Assembly (NCBI RefSeq): GCF_001194135.2 | Contig: NC_068999.1 | Span: 42,087,464 to 42,127,409 of the forward strand | DNA length: 39,946 bases | Source: Octopus bimaculoides | Taxonomy: Eukaryota | Reading direction: 5' to 3' | Shown: positions 36,958 to 39,946 of the stretch, piece by piece | Layout of the letters: every line of letters begins with the position of its first letter | Numbering within the stretch: position 1 is the first letter of the stretch | Position numbers and translations under genes: made by a program | Notes under the pieces: generated by a model | The model's database searches: none | What the model was told of the DNA's origin: nothing | Seen by the model: the letters and a program-made list of their open reading frames with translations, nothing else

Positions 36958-38332
36958 GAGATGGATGGAGTTTGGTAAGAATAATTTCCTTTAAAATGGA
37001 ATCAGTTGCCGTTGATGGAAGTCAAATATTTTACGTTGAAATCTTACGACTTCGCTATTTACTGAAGTTGATTGAGAAGACGACCGGCAGACGTTGTCAA
37101 GTTCTGGCGCTTTACGAAACACACGACAGATTATACTTCATCACAAATTTAGCATCGGCGTGTTGCTATAATTAATGTAACAGTGTGTTTATGTATGTAT
37201 GTGTGTATTGTATATATGTATGTATGCTTGTATGTATGAATGTATGTATGCATCTATATTCCACTAACTCTAGAATTGTCTATGTATGCACATCAATCTT
37301 TCTACCTACCATTCTGTCTATTTATCTATCAATCTATCTATAAACACCATATATATGTACACACACACACACACACACGCACACACACACACACTTACAC
37401 ACACACACACACACATACATGTAAATATATTGGTTTATAATTATATATATAAAATTATGANNNNNNNNNNNNNNNNNNNNNNNNNNNNNNNNNNNNNNNN
37501 NNNNNNNNNNNNNNNNNNNNNNNNNNNNNNNNNNNNNNNNNNNNNNNNNNNNNNNNNNNNNNNNNNNNNNNNNNNNNNNNNNNNNNNNNNNNNNNNNNNN
37601 NNNNNNNNNNNNNNNNNNNNNNNNNNNNNNNNNNNNNNNNNNNNNNNNNNNNNNNNNNNNNNNNNNNNNNNNNNNNNNNNNNNNNNNNNNNNNNNNNNNN
37701 NNNNNNNNNNNNNNNNNNNNNNNNNNNNNNNNNNNNNNNNNNNNNNNNNNNNNNNNNNNNNNNNNNNNNNNNNNNNNNNNNNNNNNNNNNNNNNNNNNNN
37801 NNNNNNNNNNNNNNNNNNNNNNNNNNNNNNNNNNNNNNNNNNNNNNNNNNNNNNNNNNNNNNNNNNNNNNNNNNNNNNNNNNNNNNNNNNNNNNNNNNNN
37901 NNNNNNNNNNNNNNNNNNNNNNNNNNNNNNNNNNNNNNNNNNNNNNNNNNNNNNNNNNNNNNNNNNNNNNNNNNNNNNNNNNNNNNNNNNNNNNNNNNNN
38001 NNNNNNNNNNNNNNNNTATATATATATATATATATATATATATGCTCATACTTACGAACATAAATACCCCTTATATTCATATATAGGTCTATCGATATGA
38101 ACGTGAAGAAAGGAAAAAATATACATACTCAAAAAGACAAATACGTGCGACATCAAACACAATCCAAGACAGATTTTTGAGGAAAGGGAACTCTCTGCGC
38201 TTCCAGAGAAGACGGAACGTTTCGATGTCCATAAAGTAAATTATTTAAGCGAAGTTGGAATCGTCAAGGCTTGAACGTTAGGATCCACGATAACAGAGAA
38301 TAACGTCACAGGAAGACATAAATATGCAATAT

Positions 38333-38462
38333 ACCTTTCATCTTTTCGGGCTCTATAAATTAAGTTCCAGTGGCGTGCTGGGGTCGATCTAATCGACTGG
38401 CTACCTCACCAAAAATTTCGGGCCTTGTGCCTGGAGTAGAAAAAAAAAAACCAACAAAAAAA
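38333..38462 (+). mobile_element. SINE family A, 5'-truncated, A-rich tail
   Basis: CCTTTCATCTTTTCGG...CTGGGGTCGATCTAATCGACT...GGCCTTGTGCCTGGAGTAGA followed by an A-rich run. Confidence 0.85.
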
Positions 38463-38468
38463 CTTACA

Positions 38469-38990
38469 GTATACTACTCACGTTATATTGATGGTATATC
38501 TATCGTAAATGACACGTCGGAAGTTGTCCAGAAAATGTAGGAAGGTTTACAAAGCAACTCTATATTAAAAATCAATTCAAAAAAAAAACCTCCTAACAAT
38601 ACAACAACTCTATTTCTGCACATAAACAATATCAAGAAAAGTAACAGATGTACTGCCTTTAGTTCACTCTAATTCACAAAATATTCATTTACGTACATAG
38701 AGATAACGAGTGTCTACACAGAAAAAAGAAAGGATTTTGTATCCTTGTCACAAACGAAATATTTATATTCCCATTCCTGCAGAACGTTTAATAATGAACA
38801 TAAAGTATTCTAAGCAAACAAATAGATGAATCCATTGAACAATAGCTGGGGAGATATATAAAAAAAGGACATCAAATACGACACTTATTTAAAATACATA
38901 AACCTCTCACAAGAATTAAATAGGCTTCTAACAAGATGCATGAAAGCACGGGATCAAAATACAAAGTGTGATACAACAAATCAGAAAGTA
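38469..38990 (+). mobile_element. Degraded Penelope-like reverse transcriptase fragment
   Basis: Reads VYYSRYIDGISIVNDTSEVVQKM*EGLQSNSILKINS...NNTTTLFLHI, resembling the PLE RT RY[V/I]DD motif and the downstream L.FLD[I/V] motif. It has in-frame stops and a D-to-G change in the catalytic motif. Confidence 0.6.
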
Positions 38991-38995
38991 ACAAT

Positions 38996-39102
38996 TCTGG
39001 GTTCAGTCCCACTACGAGACATCTTGGGCAAGTGTCTTCTTGGACCGACCAAAGCCTTGTGAGTGGATTTTGGTGGAAAGAAACTCAAAAAAGCGCTTCG
39101 TG
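38996..39102 (+). mobile_element. SINE family B fragment (starts at B box, small internal deletion)
   Basis: GGGTTCAGTCCCACTACG...TTGGGCAAGTGTCTTCT...CCGACCAAAGCCTTGTGAGTGGATTT. Confidence 0.85.
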
Positions 39103-39946
39103 TCAAAATAGTCGCACTTGATGGTCTCCTACTGTGTGGTTTGTCTTCAAAGACTGGACTCTTTTTCTTTTAACTTCTTCAGTCATTTTTTGCAAATTAC
39201 TTGCGTCAGATATCATCTACGGAAAAAGAACAAAGACAGAAAAAAAAAAGGCCCCAAACACCTTTAGTCTCCTGTGGATGTTGGACAACTTGCAGACCTC
39301 TTTCAGCGAGAACTCAAGAACGGCATGCTGCTTCTACTTCGAACTAATTATTTGCCTGTAATGAAGAAGAACAGGAATGGTAACAATAGAGATAGAATTG
39401 CTACTTTATTAACATGTGAAATTTGCACGGCCACTGTCAATTGATAAATGCGTTATGTCAATTAATACGTTAAGTCAGTTAATAAATATGCTATTCTCAG
39501 TTTCGTATTAATCTTAGTTCTGCTCTTGGGTATATTTGTGGGGGGTGTGATGGAGTGTGTGTGTGTGTGTGTGTTGGACGGAATATGTATCCGTATATGT
39601 ATATGTGTGTGTTTGTTTGTATTCGTGTGTGTGTGTGTGTGTGTGTGTGCGCTCGTGTGGCCGGGAATCTACACCGAAACACAGAGAAACATAGAGAGAT
39701 GGGGACAGAGATGGAAAGTAAATATATTAATTCAGAAGCGCCTCTCCCAACCACGACCACCATCACTAACTCACTTTTGTAAAGATATTACGGTCAACAC
39801 ATTTCCCGTTCTCCAATGTTGGAATATAATGAGTGTTGTTCCTGAGTGAATGGAAATCAATACCCACCGAATCGCAGACACACTCTCTACACACAGCATT
39901 GGCAAAGACGATTCTATAACCCCGTTTGAATAATCTGTTGAAACCA

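Overview
Eukaryotic, AT-rich, non-coding draft-assembly DNA with about 7 kb of N in 16 gaps, most of them bounded by simple repeats. The microsatellite load and SINE types suggest an octopod cephalopod genome; this is inference from recall, not a search. I can support no intact protein-coding gene, tRNA, rRNA or CRISPR array, and nearly all ORF-track entries are translated microsatellites or N-runs. The window holds about 22 copies or fragments of tRNA-headed SINEs, which I label families A-E. It also holds two fragments of restriction-like-endonuclease (RLE; R4/Dong-like) non-LTR retrotransposons, two Penelope-like remnants, and a non-autonomous Helentron/DINE-1-like element. The best leads are: (1) a type I hammerhead ribozyme fold at 1476-1557; (2) a SINE-(TTA)n-Dong-like LINE-(TTA)n-SINE-(TTA)n cluster at 35.7-36.7 kb; (3) an RLE fragment with a fold-back inversion and 46-bp inverted duplication at 26.2-26.6 kb; (4) an old tandem duplication at 30.3-34.1 kb that may be a decayed PAN/C-type-lectin gene pair.
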